Source of the DNA: a virus | Lineage: Duplodnaviria; Caudoviricetes | Length of the DNA: 30,151 nt | IMG/VR virus record: IMGVR_UViG_3300042891_000530 | Location: 1-30,151 of that record | Reading direction: 5' to 3' (one strand) | Part shown: positions 13,422-22,806 of the stretch, in pieces | Layout of the letters: every line of letters begins with the position of its first letter | Position numbering within the stretch: the stretch's first letter is position 1 | Made by a program: the position numbers and the translations under genes | Notes under the pieces: model-generated | What the model saw: only the letters and a program-made list of their open reading frames with translations | Told to the model about the DNA's origin: nothing | Database searches by the model: none

Positions 13422-13721
13422 ATGTCCAAGCTCATGATGTTCGATTTTCGTTGCACAAACTGTCAGCACGTCTTTGAGGACCTGGTGCAGCCCCTAACGG
13501 GTAACCTGCCCTGCGTCCTATGCGGACACACTGCTAACAGAGTTATCTCGCCGGTTCGGATCGACCGTACCGCGATGGCCCTATCCGGCTCTGCCGGACC
13601 AGAAAGCATCGCGCATTTTGACCGAATTCACCGCGAGAAGAAGGCAATCGAAGACCGCTCATACGAGCGACACGGGGACTATGGCCCCGGTCACTACGAG
13701 TTGGCCCGCGACCCTCTATAA
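13422..13721 (+). CDS. Zinc-ribbon protein (FmdB-like)
   Basis: FDFRCTNCQHVFE...CVLCG...RVIS. Confidence 0.75.
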   Translation: MSKLMMFDFRCTNCQHVFEDLVQPLTGNLPCVLCGHTANRVISPVRIDRTAMALSGSAGPESIAHFDRIHREKKAIEDRSYERHGDYGPGHYELARDPL

Positions 13722-13763
13722 ACCTAAACACCGTAACCCCTTGTGGGCGGTAAGGAGCGATGT

Positions 13764-14606
13764 ATGGTATCTTTGGTCGATGTGAAGAACGATGTGGGCA
13801 ATCTTGCCCAGCTAGAAGCCGATCTGCGCGACGCGTCAACAGCAAAGCCTGCCGAAGAGCAGAAGCCTGGCGGAGACAAGGAAACGCAGCAGAACAACTC
13901 TGACGATGGCCTGCCTGACAAGTTTAAGGGCAAGTCTCCACAGGAAATCGCGCAGATGTACCAGGACTTGCACAGCGCCTACGGGCGCATGGCAAACGAC
14001 CTTGGCACTCAGCGAAAGTTGACTGACCGTCTTCTGGACCTTAAGCGCTCAGACGACCTTGTAAGCAACGACCCGGCACGTAAGAAGGTTACAGTGTCCG
14101 CGTCAGAACTGCTTGAAAAGCCAACCGAAGCCCTAGACACGTACTTTGACTCTGCCTTCCAGGCACGGGAGCAAGCCACCCTGCAGCGCGTAGCGCAGCT
14201 AGAGGCCTCTCTTGCACAGCAGACGTTCATGGCAAAGCACTCTGACTATCAGAGCATTGCCGAAAGTTCGGAGTTCCAGGCCTATCTGCAGAAGTCTCCG
14301 TACCGTTCGCGCCTTGCACAGCAGGCGTACAGCGGTGACTGGGGCGCAGCAGACGAGCTACTTTCAGACTGGAAGGCGATGCGTCCTGCTGCCGCGTCCT
14401 CTGCTACACAGCAGAAGGCCGATACAGAGGGAGCTCGCAAGGCCAGCCTGGAAGGTGGTAGCGGCAACGACGCCGCCGCTCCCACGGGCAAGGTTTACCG
14501 CCGTGCAGACCTAATCAGATTGAAGATGGAAAAGCCGCAGGTCTACGAAGACCCAGGCTTCCAGGCCGAAATCCTGCTAGCGTACGCGCAGGGCCGCGTC
14601 AAGTAA
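13764..14606 (+). CDS. Capsid scaffolding protein
   Basis: TAAGGAG RBS before ATG 13764; LPDKFKGKS motif, helical, C-terminal AYAQGRVK; precedes the capsid gene. Confidence 0.85.
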   Translation: MVSLVDVKNDVGNLAQLEADLRDASTAKPAEEQKPGGDKETQQNNSDDGLPDKFKGKSPQEIAQMYQDLHSAYGRMANDLGTQRKLTDRLLDLKRSDDLVSNDPARKKVTVSASELLEKPTEALDTYFDSAFQAREQATLQRVAQLEASLAQQTFMAKHSDYQSIAESSEFQAYLQKSPYRSRLAQQAYSGDWGAADELLSDWKAMRPAAASSATQQKADTEGARKASLEGGSGNDAAAPTGKVYRRADLIRLKMEKPQVYEDPGFQAEILLAYAQGRVK

Positions 14607-14644
14607 CCTACACTCTCCAACTACACACACAGGAATAAGAGACC

Positions 14645-15640
14645 ATGCCACTAGGCACAGATCACATCATTAAGAGTGAAGTTCCCAACTTCATTCCGTC
14701 GCTGTGGAGCGACGAAGTTATTGCCGGCTACAAGGCCAACCTTGTTATGGCGAACCTGGTTCGCAAGCTGAACCACAAGGGTAAGAAGGGCGACAGCATT
14801 CGTATCCCAACACCGACTCGCGGCGTAAGCAGCGCGAAGGTGGCTGAAACTCAGGTTAACCTGATTCAGCACGGCGCTGATGCTGGTATCACTATCAACA
14901 TCAACCGTCACCGCGAATACAGCCGACTGATCGAAGACATTGTCGACGTTCAGGCCCTGGAATCGCTGCGTCGCTTCTACACAGACGACGCGGGCTACTC
15001 GCTAGCTCGTCGTACGGACTACGACCTAATTATCGAAGCTGCGGCTTTCGGTAACGGTGGTGGTACGATTGTCGAAGAAGCCGTAACTGGCGAAATCGAC
15101 AGCACGTCGACGTTCACAAACGCCCGAATCGGTGACGACTCGGCGGCGTGGACACCGACAGCCAGCGCCAACGCCGGCAACGCGGTCGACTTGAACGACC
15201 TCGGTATCCGTCGATTCATCCGCCGTCTTGACGACGTGGATGCGCCGATGGCCGGACGCGTGCTGGTTGTGCCGCCTGTAACAAAGGCGGACATGATGGG
15301 TATTGCGCGATTCACGAACCAGTCGTTCACTGGTGAAGTGGGTGCGGGCAACACCATCCGCAACGGCCTTGTCGGCAACGTGTACGGCGTGGATGTGTTC
15401 GTAACATCCCAGATGCCGCTCGTTGAAGACGCGGGCACAAACAACGACCAGCAGCTAGCTCTGTTCTTCCAGCGCGATGCGCTGGTGCTCGTAGAGCAGC
15501 TGGGCGTACGTGTGCAGGAACAGTACAAGCAGGAATTCCTGGCTTCGCTGATGACTGCGGACATGATCTACGGTGTGAAGGGCGTGCGTAGCACGTCGAT
15601 CATCCCGATCGTTGTGCCGGTCGCGTTCACTGACGGTTAA
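14645..15640 (+). CDS. Major capsid protein
   Basis: FIPSLWS, KGDSIRIP, G.VYGVDVFVT and ADMIYGVK motifs; position after scaffold; followed by a terminator. Confidence 0.92.
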   Translation: MPLGTDHIIKSEVPNFIPSLWSDEVIAGYKANLVMANLVRKLNHKGKKGDSIRIPTPTRGVSSAKVAETQVNLIQHGADAGITININRHREYSRLIEDIVDVQALESLRRFYTDDAGYSLARRTDYDLIIEAAAFGNGGGTIVEEAVTGEIDSTSTFTNARIGDDSAAWTPTASANAGNAVDLNDLGIRRFIRRLDDVDAPMAGRVLVVPPVTKADMMGIARFTNQSFTGEVGAGNTIRNGLVGNVYGVDVFVTSQMPLVEDAGTNNDQQLALFFQRDALVLVEQLGVRVQEQYKQEFLASLMTADMIYGVKGVRSTSIIPIVVPVAFTDG

Positions 15641-15657
15641 TACCAAATAGTGAAACT

Positions 15658-15689
15658 GGCTGGGGGGCTTCGGCCCCCTAGCCTTTCTT
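15658..15689 (+). terminator. Rho-independent terminator after the capsid gene
   Basis: GGCTGGGGGGC-TTCG-GCCCCCTAGCC followed by TTTCTT. Confidence 0.8.
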
Positions 15690-15733
15690 AATGTTCATTG
15701 TTCACTGGGTAGTGAATATCAAGAAAGGTTCGC

Positions 15734-17272
15734 ATGAGTATTGAGCGTAGATACCCGCTGCTAAAGCACAACCACGAGGTTGCTGACCTGCGCGACGTCG
15801 ACATCGCCGCCATTGAAGACGGCGAGACACTAGTGTGGGACGAGGCGCAGCAGAAATTCGTGCCTGGCGTAGCCACTGGCGGCGGCGGCACAGACGTTGA
15901 CGCCGTTCTGACAACTAACGGTGATCTGCTGACACGCGCAGCAGGCGCGCTCGCACGGCTAGGCATCGGCAGCGAGGCGCAGGTGCTGACTGTTGCATCC
16001 GGCGCTCCTGTGTGGGCTACGCTTGCTGGCGGCAGCGGTAACGCGGATGTGCAGGTGTTTACCGCCGATGACACCTGGGAAAAGCCGCCGGGCGCCCAGC
16101 TTGTTTACGCATATTGCGTCGGCGGCGGAGGCGGTGGTGGCAGCGGTCGCGCGTCCATTTCCGGCAACGCAGCGGGCGGCGGTGGCGGCGGCGGCGCTGG
16201 GCGATCCGAAGCATTCTTTGCCACCTCTGGCCTGCCTGACACGGTGGCCGTGACCGTAGGTGCTCCGGGGGCAGGCGGCGCGGCACGCGCAGGTAACACG
16301 GACACAAACGGTGCGGGCGGCGGAGACGGCGGATCAAGCCGCTTCGGCGCGCTCGTAGCCGCGACTGGTGGGCAGGGCGGCGGCGGAGGCCTTACAGGCT
16401 CTGGCTCTGCGGGTACCATTGGCCGTGGCAGCATCACTGATGGGCTAGCCGGGGGCAGCGGGCAGAACACTTCGGGACAAGGCGCGAATAACACGGCCGG
16501 CACCGACCCACGCTTTGCGTGCGGAGGCGGCGGCGGTGGTGGTGGGGCAACTACGACTGCCAACGTAGCGCGGCCTGGCGGCCGCGCCAGCGACATTCAG
16601 TTCGACATCTACGACGACACCATGAACGTAGATGGTGCGGCCGGCCTGACAGGGGCAACCGGCACAGCTGGCGTTGCCAACACGCAGCACTTTGTCGGTG
16701 GTGGCGGTGGTGGCGGCGGCAACGGCACCAGCGGAAGCGGCGTGTCTGCTGGCGCGGGCGGCGCAGGAGGCGCTCCTGGTGGCGGCGGCGCTGGCGGTGG
16801 CGGCTACTGCGGCAACAACCCGGCTAACGCATCAGGAGCGGGAGGCAGCGGCGGCAGCGGCGTTGTCGTAGTTGTCACGTTTTTTGACGGCAGTGCCGGA
16901 GGCGGCACGACAAGCGGGACATTTACCGCGACGCTTACTGGCGTGGTCGGCACAGTCACGACGACCATTCGCTACACGCGAGTAGGCAGCCTCGTGTTCC
17001 TGCATTGCGACCAGCTAACTGGCACAAGTAACTCTACGGCCTGCACCATTACTGGGTTGCCGGTTGACCTGTGGCCTGCGCGTCTGCAGCGAGTAACAAT
17101 GGACAGCGTGTTCGACAACAGCAACTACATAGGACAGCCTACCATGCTGCGCGTCGAGACAACTGGCGTGCTGACGCTGGACATCACGACGGTTGTAGGC
17201 AGCGGACTATTTTCTGCATCCGGCACAAAGGGTGTCAACTACGGCTTTGCCGTTACTTACTCACTGGACTAG
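15734..17272 (+). CDS. Glycine-rich tail fibre / receptor-binding protein
   Basis: N-terminal fibre modules (L.DV...DG.TLVW; TTNGDLL..RLGIG..QVL), poly-Gly domain (GGGGGGGSG), C-terminal SGTFT...YTRVGSLV module. Confidence 0.8.
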   Translation: MSIERRYPLLKHNHEVADLRDVDIAAIEDGETLVWDEAQQKFVPGVATGGGGTDVDAVLTTNGDLLTRAAGALARLGIGSEAQVLTVASGAPVWATLAGGSGNADVQVFTADDTWEKPPGAQLVYAYCVGGGGGGGSGRASISGNAAGGGGGGGAGRSEAFFATSGLPDTVAVTVGAPGAGGAARAGNTDTNGAGGGDGGSSRFGALVAATGGQGGGGGLTGSGSAGTIGRGSITDGLAGGSGQNTSGQGANNTAGTDPRFACGGGGGGGGATTTANVARPGGRASDIQFDIYDDTMNVDGAAGLTGATGTAGVANTQHFVGGGGGGGGNGTSGSGVSAGAGGAGGAPGGGGAGGGGYCGNNPANASGAGGSGGSGVVVVVTFFDGSAGGGTTSGTFTATLTGVVGTVTTTIRYTRVGSLVFLHCDQLTGTSNSTACTITGLPVDLWPARLQRVTMDSVFDNSNYIGQPTMLRVETTGVLTLDITTVVGSGLFSASGTKGVNYGFAVTYSLD

Positions 17273-17280
17273 GATATCGC

Positions 17281-17988
17281 ATGTCTATTAACGTACGCTC
17301 CGCGCTAAACCGTGTGCTGCGCACTATTGGCGAAGCTGAGATTGCCGGCAGCGTAACCACGCTGACAGACACGTACCAGCTGCAGATACTGACATTCCTT
17401 AACCAGATTAAGGAGGAGGTAGAGGACGCGCACAACTGGCGCTCGCTGCACCAGACGGTTACTGTTACGATTGCTGGCGGAGCTAGCTCTGCTGCAGTCA
17501 GCGGGGCTAACGAGCGCAGCCGCCTTATCCGCATCCAGGACTCGCGGGAGGGACGTGAGATTCCTCTAGTGTTTGACGTGACAGACCCGGCTAACCCCAT
17601 TCCTCTGCACGAAGTGGATCATGCGCGCATGATCTACATGGACACTATCGACACCCAGACGGCTGTGGCTCCCTGCGCCTTTGTGCTAGACAACGGGACG
17701 GCAGGCAATTTGCGCCTGCGAGTATACCCAACTCCAGCGGCTGCCCGCACAATCCAGGTAAGCCTCATCATACCGCAGGCGCGGCTTGAAGCTGCTGACA
17801 TGGCAACCGTGCTACAGGTGCCTGTAACGCCAGTTGAAATGGGCACGACTTGGTACGCGCTAATGGAGCGCGGCGAGCAGCAGGGCGTATCAGGTATCTT
17901 CACGGAAGACCGATTCCGTACCGCGCTGGACAACGCCATTTCTCGCGATGCTGCCGAACAGGGCGGCTACGAACTGACATCAGCCTAA
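17281..17988 (+). CDS. Head-tail adaptor / tail tubular protein A-like
   Basis: Start re-assigned to MSINVR (AGGA RBS); LNRVLR.IGE, AHNW and VYPTP motifs. Confidence 0.75.
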   Translation: MSINVRSALNRVLRTIGEAEIAGSVTTLTDTYQLQILTFLNQIKEEVEDAHNWRSLHQTVTVTIAGGASSAAVSGANERSRLIRIQDSREGREIPLVFDVTDPANPIPLHEVDHARMIYMDTIDTQTAVAPCAFVLDNGTAGNLRLRVYPTPAAARTIQVSLIIPQARLEAADMATVLQVPVTPVEMGTTWYALMERGEQQGVSGIFTEDRFRTALDNAISRDAAEQGGYELTSA

Positions 17989-19550
17989 TGCCGTCACTAG
18001 CACGAACACCGCCTGACCAGACACTGCAGCCAGTCGACCTTGTCGCTCCTGGCTTCCGTGGGCTGAACCTATCGCAGGGCAACGCTCTGCTGGGGCAGGA
18101 GTACGCTACGATGGCGTCTAACGCCGTGATCGACGCCAGCGGGCGTCTGGCGGCTCGCAAGGGCGTGCTTCGTCTGACTGGTACGGCCATCGCGGGCACG
18201 CCTGTAGTGCGCACGCTGTTTGAGTACGCAGCTGCAGACGGGGCTGTAGTGCCGATTGTCGCCTGGGACGGCGGCATTGCGTCGTCTGTTACCGATCCTG
18301 TCGGCAACGACATTAGCGGGTCCGTTACTGACGCTAGCGGCAACTGGTGGTTCCAGAACTTCAACAACAAGCTTGTTGGGTTCCAGGAAGGCCAGAAGGC
18401 CATAGTGTTTACTGGTGCCGGCACCTTCGCGCCGGTAGCGGAGACATCGGGCGTTGCGCCGCAGGGCGGCGTGGGCACAGCGGCCTTTGGCCGTATCTGG
18501 CAGGCCGACCTAGACCGCACAACGATCAAGTACAGCGGCCTACTGGACGAGTCCGCGTGGGATGCAGGCGGTGCAGGCATCATCGACATGCGCAACATCT
18601 GGACGCAGGGCACTGACACGATCACGGCGATTGTAGGCTTTAACGGAGCGCTGATCGTCTTCGGAACAAACCATGTTGTGTTTTTTGTTGATGGCCGTGG
18701 TACTGCTCTGGGTATTGATCCTGACAATCTATATGTATCTGATATTATCGGTGGAGTAGGCTGCGTCAGCCAGCACTCTGTGCAGGCCGTTGGCGAGGCC
18801 GACTTGCTGTTCCTGTCCGGTGTTGGCGTGCAGAGCCTCAAGCGACTGCAGAACGAACGTAGTTCGCCAATCTCGAACCTGACTAAGTACGTTCGCGACG
18901 AGCTTGTGACGAAGCTTACTACCGAAAACCCAGCAGGCATCCGTAGCTCGTACAACGAGCTATACGGCTTCTACCTGCTGTCGTTCCCAGAAGCTGGCGT
19001 TACCTGGGTGCTCGACCAGCGCAAAAGATACCGCGACGTTGACGGCGACGAGTGCAGCATAGTGACTACCTGGGGCATCGCCCCTACCGCCCTGTACTCG
19101 CGCAGAAGCAACGCCCTGCTGCTGTCTATCAGCGGCGGCGTAGTTGGGCGCTATCTGGGCGACAACGACCTAGGTGTCGATTTTACTTTCGAGTACAAGA
19201 GCCCGTGGCTTGACCTAGGCGAAGACTTCGCTAACCGGCTAAAGATGCTAAAGCGCCTGGGCGCTATTCTGTTTGTTCGCGCCGGTGCTGTCGTGACCTT
19301 TAAGTGGGCTACGGACTTTAGCGAAGTAGAAAACAGCATTACGCGTACCATTGCAGGTACTGCCGGCAGCGAGTGGAACGTGGCGGAGTACGGCCTTGGC
19401 GAGTGGGGTAGCGGCATCAACCTGAGCATCCTAAAGGTGCCAGCACGCGACAGAGGGCAGTACTACAGAGTAGGCCTGTCGGTCAACGTAAGCTCTGAGT
19501 TCGCTATTCAGCAGCAGGAACTTTTCGTAAAGATTGGACGGCTAGCATAA
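17988..19550 (+). CDS. Tail nozzle / stabilisation protein (P22 gp10 / tubular B-like)
   Basis: Start at TAATG overlap (MPSLART); APGFRGLN and GVGCVSQHSVQ beta-propeller-type segments; synteny. Confidence 0.78.
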   Translation: MPSLARTPPDQTLQPVDLVAPGFRGLNLSQGNALLGQEYATMASNAVIDASGRLAARKGVLRLTGTAIAGTPVVRTLFEYAAADGAVVPIVAWDGGIASSVTDPVGNDISGSVTDASGNWWFQNFNNKLVGFQEGQKAIVFTGAGTFAPVAETSGVAPQGGVGTAAFGRIWQADLDRTTIKYSGLLDESAWDAGGAGIIDMRNIWTQGTDTITAIVGFNGALIVFGTNHVVFFVDGRGTALGIDPDNLYVSDIIGGVGCVSQHSVQAVGEADLLFLSGVGVQSLKRLQNERSSPISNLTKYVRDELVTKLTTENPAGIRSSYNELYGFYLLSFPEAGVTWVLDQRKRYRDVDGDECSIVTTWGIAPTALYSRRSNALLLSISGGVVGRYLGDNDLGVDFTFEYKSPWLDLGEDFANRLKMLKRLGAILFVRAGAVVTFKWATDFSEVENSITRTIAGTAGSEWNVAEYGLGEWGSGINLSILKVPARDRGQYYRVGLSVNVSSEFAIQQQELFVKIGRLA

Positions 19551-20242
19551 TGAGTGACTACGCACAGACAGTGTTCTTCGGCCCAAAGGACGCGCTGACT
19601 ACTGGAGACCCTAACAAGCGCATCGAAGGTACAGAGATTGACGTTGAACTGGACGCCATTTCTGATGCCATCGTAACTAAGTACGACAGCGTCGACCTTG
19701 CGTCGCAGGCCCAGGCCCGCGCTGGTACGTCCAACGTAGTGCTAATGACGCCGCTCCGCGTGGCAGACGCTATCCTTAACGGCCAGTTTGCCGGCTCTAC
19801 ACAGCGCAGAACGAAGACTGCCGACACGCTGCGGGCTTCGACTATTACCCTGGCAGACGACCCGCACTTGGCAGGGTTTACGCTGGTTGCTGACAGACGC
19901 TACGCGCTGCGCGGCGCGCTGCGCATCACTGCCGGCACTGTACCGCAGATGAAGCTGCGGCTTAACTTTAGCCAGGTGCCTGGTAGCGGAGCGTTCGGCT
20001 CGCTGGTGCAGACCCTGGCCGCTACGGCTACGCCGCACGGCGTACGTACGGATACATGGAATAGCGCCGACCTGCAGACCCCAGCAGCTGGGGCCGTTGG
20101 CGTGGCACACGTAGAGTCGTTCTTCCGTGCCAACGTGACCACGGGCGGCACGCTCGCCCTGCAGTGGGCGCAGGTAGTGTCTGACGCGACGAACATCACT
20201 ATCTTCGAGGGCAGCTACCTCGAACTGGTGCAGCTGGATTAA
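19550..20242 (+). CDS. Tail fibre/needle-like protein
   Basis: N-terminal anchor F.PKDAL.TGDP.K.I.GTEID.E..AI, beta-rich C-terminus. Confidence 0.7.
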   Translation: MSDYAQTVFFGPKDALTTGDPNKRIEGTEIDVELDAISDAIVTKYDSVDLASQAQARAGTSNVVLMTPLRVADAILNGQFAGSTQRRTKTADTLRASTITLADDPHLAGFTLVADRRYALRGALRITAGTVPQMKLRLNFSQVPGSGAFGSLVQTLAATATPHGVRTDTWNSADLQTPAAGAVGVAHVESFFRANVTTGGTLALQWAQVVSDATNITIFEGSYLELVQLD

Positions 20243-20245
20243 GCC

Positions 20246-20494
20246 GTGGCAGAAGCAGATAGAATCCACACGCTAGAGCGCGACGTAAGCGACCTAAGAG
20301 TGGCAAACGCCGCACTAGTGACCAGCATGGAGCACTTGTCGTCGACAATCGAAGAGTTGTCCGGCATCGTAAAACACCTAAGTTCTAGCATGACTTTCGG
20401 GAGAGGGGCAGCATGGGGCGTAATGGGACTAGTAAGCGCAGTGAGCGGCTTGATGGCGTTTGCGATAACGTCGTACTTCCAGCGAGGGTCGTAG
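20246..20494 (+). CDS. Small coiled-coil protein with C-terminal TM helix
   Basis: Heptad-like N-terminus and hydrophobic GAAWGVMGLVSAVSGLMAFAI. Confidence 0.6.
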   Translation: MAEADRIHTLERDVSDLRVANAALVTSMEHLSSTIEELSGIVKHLSSSMTFGRGAAWGVMGLVSAVSGLMAFAITSYFQRGS

Positions 20495-21060
20495 ACAGCT
20501 TCTTCACGAAGTTCGCCAACGTAGAGGACGTTGCGCGCAAGCTGACGTACCGCACTGAGGTATACCCTGCGGACAACACGGAGTATCCTGGCATTGCCAA
20601 GAACCTACCGTCCGGGCTTGTGCAGTCTATCGTAGCCAAGCTACGACATCTTGGCTTTTCCGAAGTAGAGCCTGTGCTATCGTTCTTCCGTCTGTCGGTG
20701 CCTGGGCCGCGTGCCCCACACTACGTGCATACGGACTACATGACCGGCCAGTATACGCTACTTGCGTACCTGTCCGAGCAGGAGGGAGCCGGCACAGGCT
20801 TCTACCAGCACAAAGAGACAGGCATGTACATGCACCCGACTACGCAGGAGGGCATCGAGGTCTGGGCTCGCGACCAGCGCGACCTGTCCCTGTGGGACCA
20901 GACGCACTTCGTGCAGATGAAGCGCAACCGTGCGCTGGTGTTTGACAGCCGCGCCATGCACTGTGCGCTGCCGACCGAAGGGTTCGGCTCGGACGTCAAG
21001 GACGGCCGACTTGTGCTGACTATGTTCTTCAACGGCAAGCTGTCCGATGGCTACCGTTAG
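20413..21060 (+). CDS. 2OG-Fe(II) dioxygenase (DUF6445-like)
   Basis: VVD.F, YPG, HxD (VHTD), YL, GTGFY.HKETG, NR.LVFD...H and GRL motifs. Start uncertain. Confidence 0.8.
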   Translation: MGRNGTSKRSERLDGVCDNVVLPARVVDSFFTKFANVEDVARKLTYRTEVYPADNTEYPGIAKNLPSGLVQSIVAKLRHLGFSEVEPVLSFFRLSVPGPRAPHYVHTDYMTGQYTLLAYLSEQEGAGTGFYQHKETGMYMHPTTQEGIEVWARDQRDLSLWDQTHFVQMKRNRALVFDSRAMHCALPTEGFGSDVKDGRLVLTMFFNGKLSDGYR

Positions 21061-21493
21061 ACTCGGCAGAGAGTCCGACTACGCGGCCCTGTTCCCTCTG
21101 GGGCAGGACTTCGCGGACTTCTCGCCGTTCGGCGGCACGGCCGACCCGGCTACATTGCGCAAGGTCTTCGATGCAAGCTCGGATTCGGGGCTGCTGATCG
21201 TCGCAGACGTTGACAGCACCGTGGCCGGGGCTCTGGTGGGCATGAGCGTGACGCAGTGGTATGACCCCAACATGCGCATTGCTGTAGAGCTAGCCTGGTG
21301 GCTATCTCCGGAGCACAGACACGGTTCGCTAGGGCTGCGCCTTGTGCGCGCCTTCGAGGCGCAAGCCAAGTCAACAGGGCACAAGTTCTGCACCATGATG
21401 ACTCTTAACACCCCAGATGCAGCCCGCCTGGGAGCGCTCTACGAGCGCAGCGGGTACCGATTGACCGAGACAGCATACATGAAGGCGCTCTAA
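21047..21493 (+). CDS. GNAT-family acetyltransferase
   Basis: W.SPEHR.GSLG.RL acetyl-CoA motif and LYERSGY. Confidence 0.82.
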   Translation: MATVRLGRESDYAALFPLGQDFADFSPFGGTADPATLRKVFDASSDSGLLIVADVDSTVAGALVGMSVTQWYDPNMRIAVELAWWLSPEHRHGSLGLRLVRAFEAQAKSTGHKFCTMMTLNTPDAARLGALYERSGYRLTETAYMKAL

Positions 21494-22803
21494 TGAGTTC
21501 AATTACGACCATTGCCACAGTAGCCGGCGCAGCCGCTGGCGTAGGTAGCGCGGTCAGCGGCGTGCGCGCAGCGCGTGACCAGTCACGCATGCAGCAGCAG
21601 GCGCTGGACCGCTCGACAACGCAGCTTAACCCGTTCACCTTTACTGGCGGAAACGGCATGTCTGCCAACTACCAGAACGGGCAGGGCGGTATCAACTTCG
21701 GGGCGCTGGACAGCCAGCAGCAGAACCTGCTGGGGCTTTCCGGTGGGGCGCTTGGCGCGGCCCAGAACCCGGCTAGCCAGATGGGGGGCTTCAACCAGGC
21801 CCTGAACATCGGCAACTGGTACGCAGGGGGCGGCTTGCCGCAGGACCCATCCCAGGCCGGCATCAACATGCAGGCGAACAGCCTACAGGGGCTATTCGGC
21901 AACACGCTACAGGGCGTGCAGGGCTTCCAGGGCGTGGGCGGAGGCCTAGCCTCTACGGCGTTCCGTGGAGCCGCTGACCAGGCTGTAGCGGCCTCTCAGG
22001 GCTTCTCAGACGTACAGGCCAACACCCTGTCACAGCTGCGCCAGCAGGCCCAGCCGTTCGAGCAGCGCCAGTTCGACAGCCTCCAGAACAACCAGTTCGC
22101 CACTGGCCGTCTGGGCACGTCTGGCGGTGCCCTACAGACCGAAGCGTTTGCCCGGGGGCTTGGACAGGCCGACCTGTCGCGCCAGCTAGCGTCAGCCCAG
22201 GAGGCGCGTAGCACGCAGCAGAACGCCCTTGGCCTGTCGCAGGGCCTTGCCGGCATCGGCGGCGGCGTACAGGGGCTGAACGACCAGCTGCTGCAGAGTG
22301 CCTTCGGGCGCTTCGCGCAGACCTCTGGCATGTTCGGGGACGTCAACCAGCAGCGTCTGGGCAACAGCATCCTGATGAACGACATCGGGTACCAGCGCAA
22401 CCAGCAGAACTTCGCCAACCAGCAGACTGCGGCCCTATTCCCGCAGCAGGTACAGGCGTCGTGGCTGCAGAACGCGCTGTCAGCGCTGCAGGGGCAGGCC
22501 GGTATCCAGAACCAGGGCCTCAACCTATTCAACACAGGGCTGCAGGCGGAGCAGGCGGCGGCTAACGCACGCCTTGGTGCGGGCGGCACGCTGGGCAACA
22601 TCGTGAACAACCCTAACTTCGGCGCAGCCGGGTACGGCGGTGCGCAGGCTCTTGGGCAGATCGCGCAGCAGTTCGCCCCTCAGGGCGGCTACGTAGGCGC
22701 GTTGCGTGACCTGTTTGCCCCTCGTCAGTCTACACCGCTGATGCAGGACGTGACAGGCAGCTTGCTGGGCAACGTACCAGCGCCGCGTATCGGAGGGCTA
22801 TAA
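21493..22803 (+). CDS. Internal virion / DNA ejection protein
   Basis: Ala/Gly-rich hydrophobic N-terminus, Gln/Gly/Ala-rich body, GRLG motif; position after the GNAT. Confidence 0.7.
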   Translation: MSSITTIATVAGAAAGVGSAVSGVRAARDQSRMQQQALDRSTTQLNPFTFTGGNGMSANYQNGQGGINFGALDSQQQNLLGLSGGALGAAQNPASQMGGFNQALNIGNWYAGGGLPQDPSQAGINMQANSLQGLFGNTLQGVQGFQGVGGGLASTAFRGAADQAVAASQGFSDVQANTLSQLRQQAQPFEQRQFDSLQNNQFATGRLGTSGGALQTEAFARGLGQADLSRQLASAQEARSTQQNALGLSQGLAGIGGGVQGLNDQLLQSAFGRFAQTSGMFGDVNQQRLGNSILMNDIGYQRNQQNFANQQTAALFPQQVQASWLQNALSALQGQAGIQNQGLNLFNTGLQAEQAAANARLGAGGTLGNIVNNPNFGAAGYGGAQALGQIAQQFAPQGGYVGALRDLFAPRQSTPLMQDVTGSLLGNVPAPRIGGL

Positions 22804-22806
22804 GCC

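Noticed and set aside
16120-16860. GGC-rich low-complexity repeats
   Set aside because: Explained by poly-glycine coding in the tail fibre.
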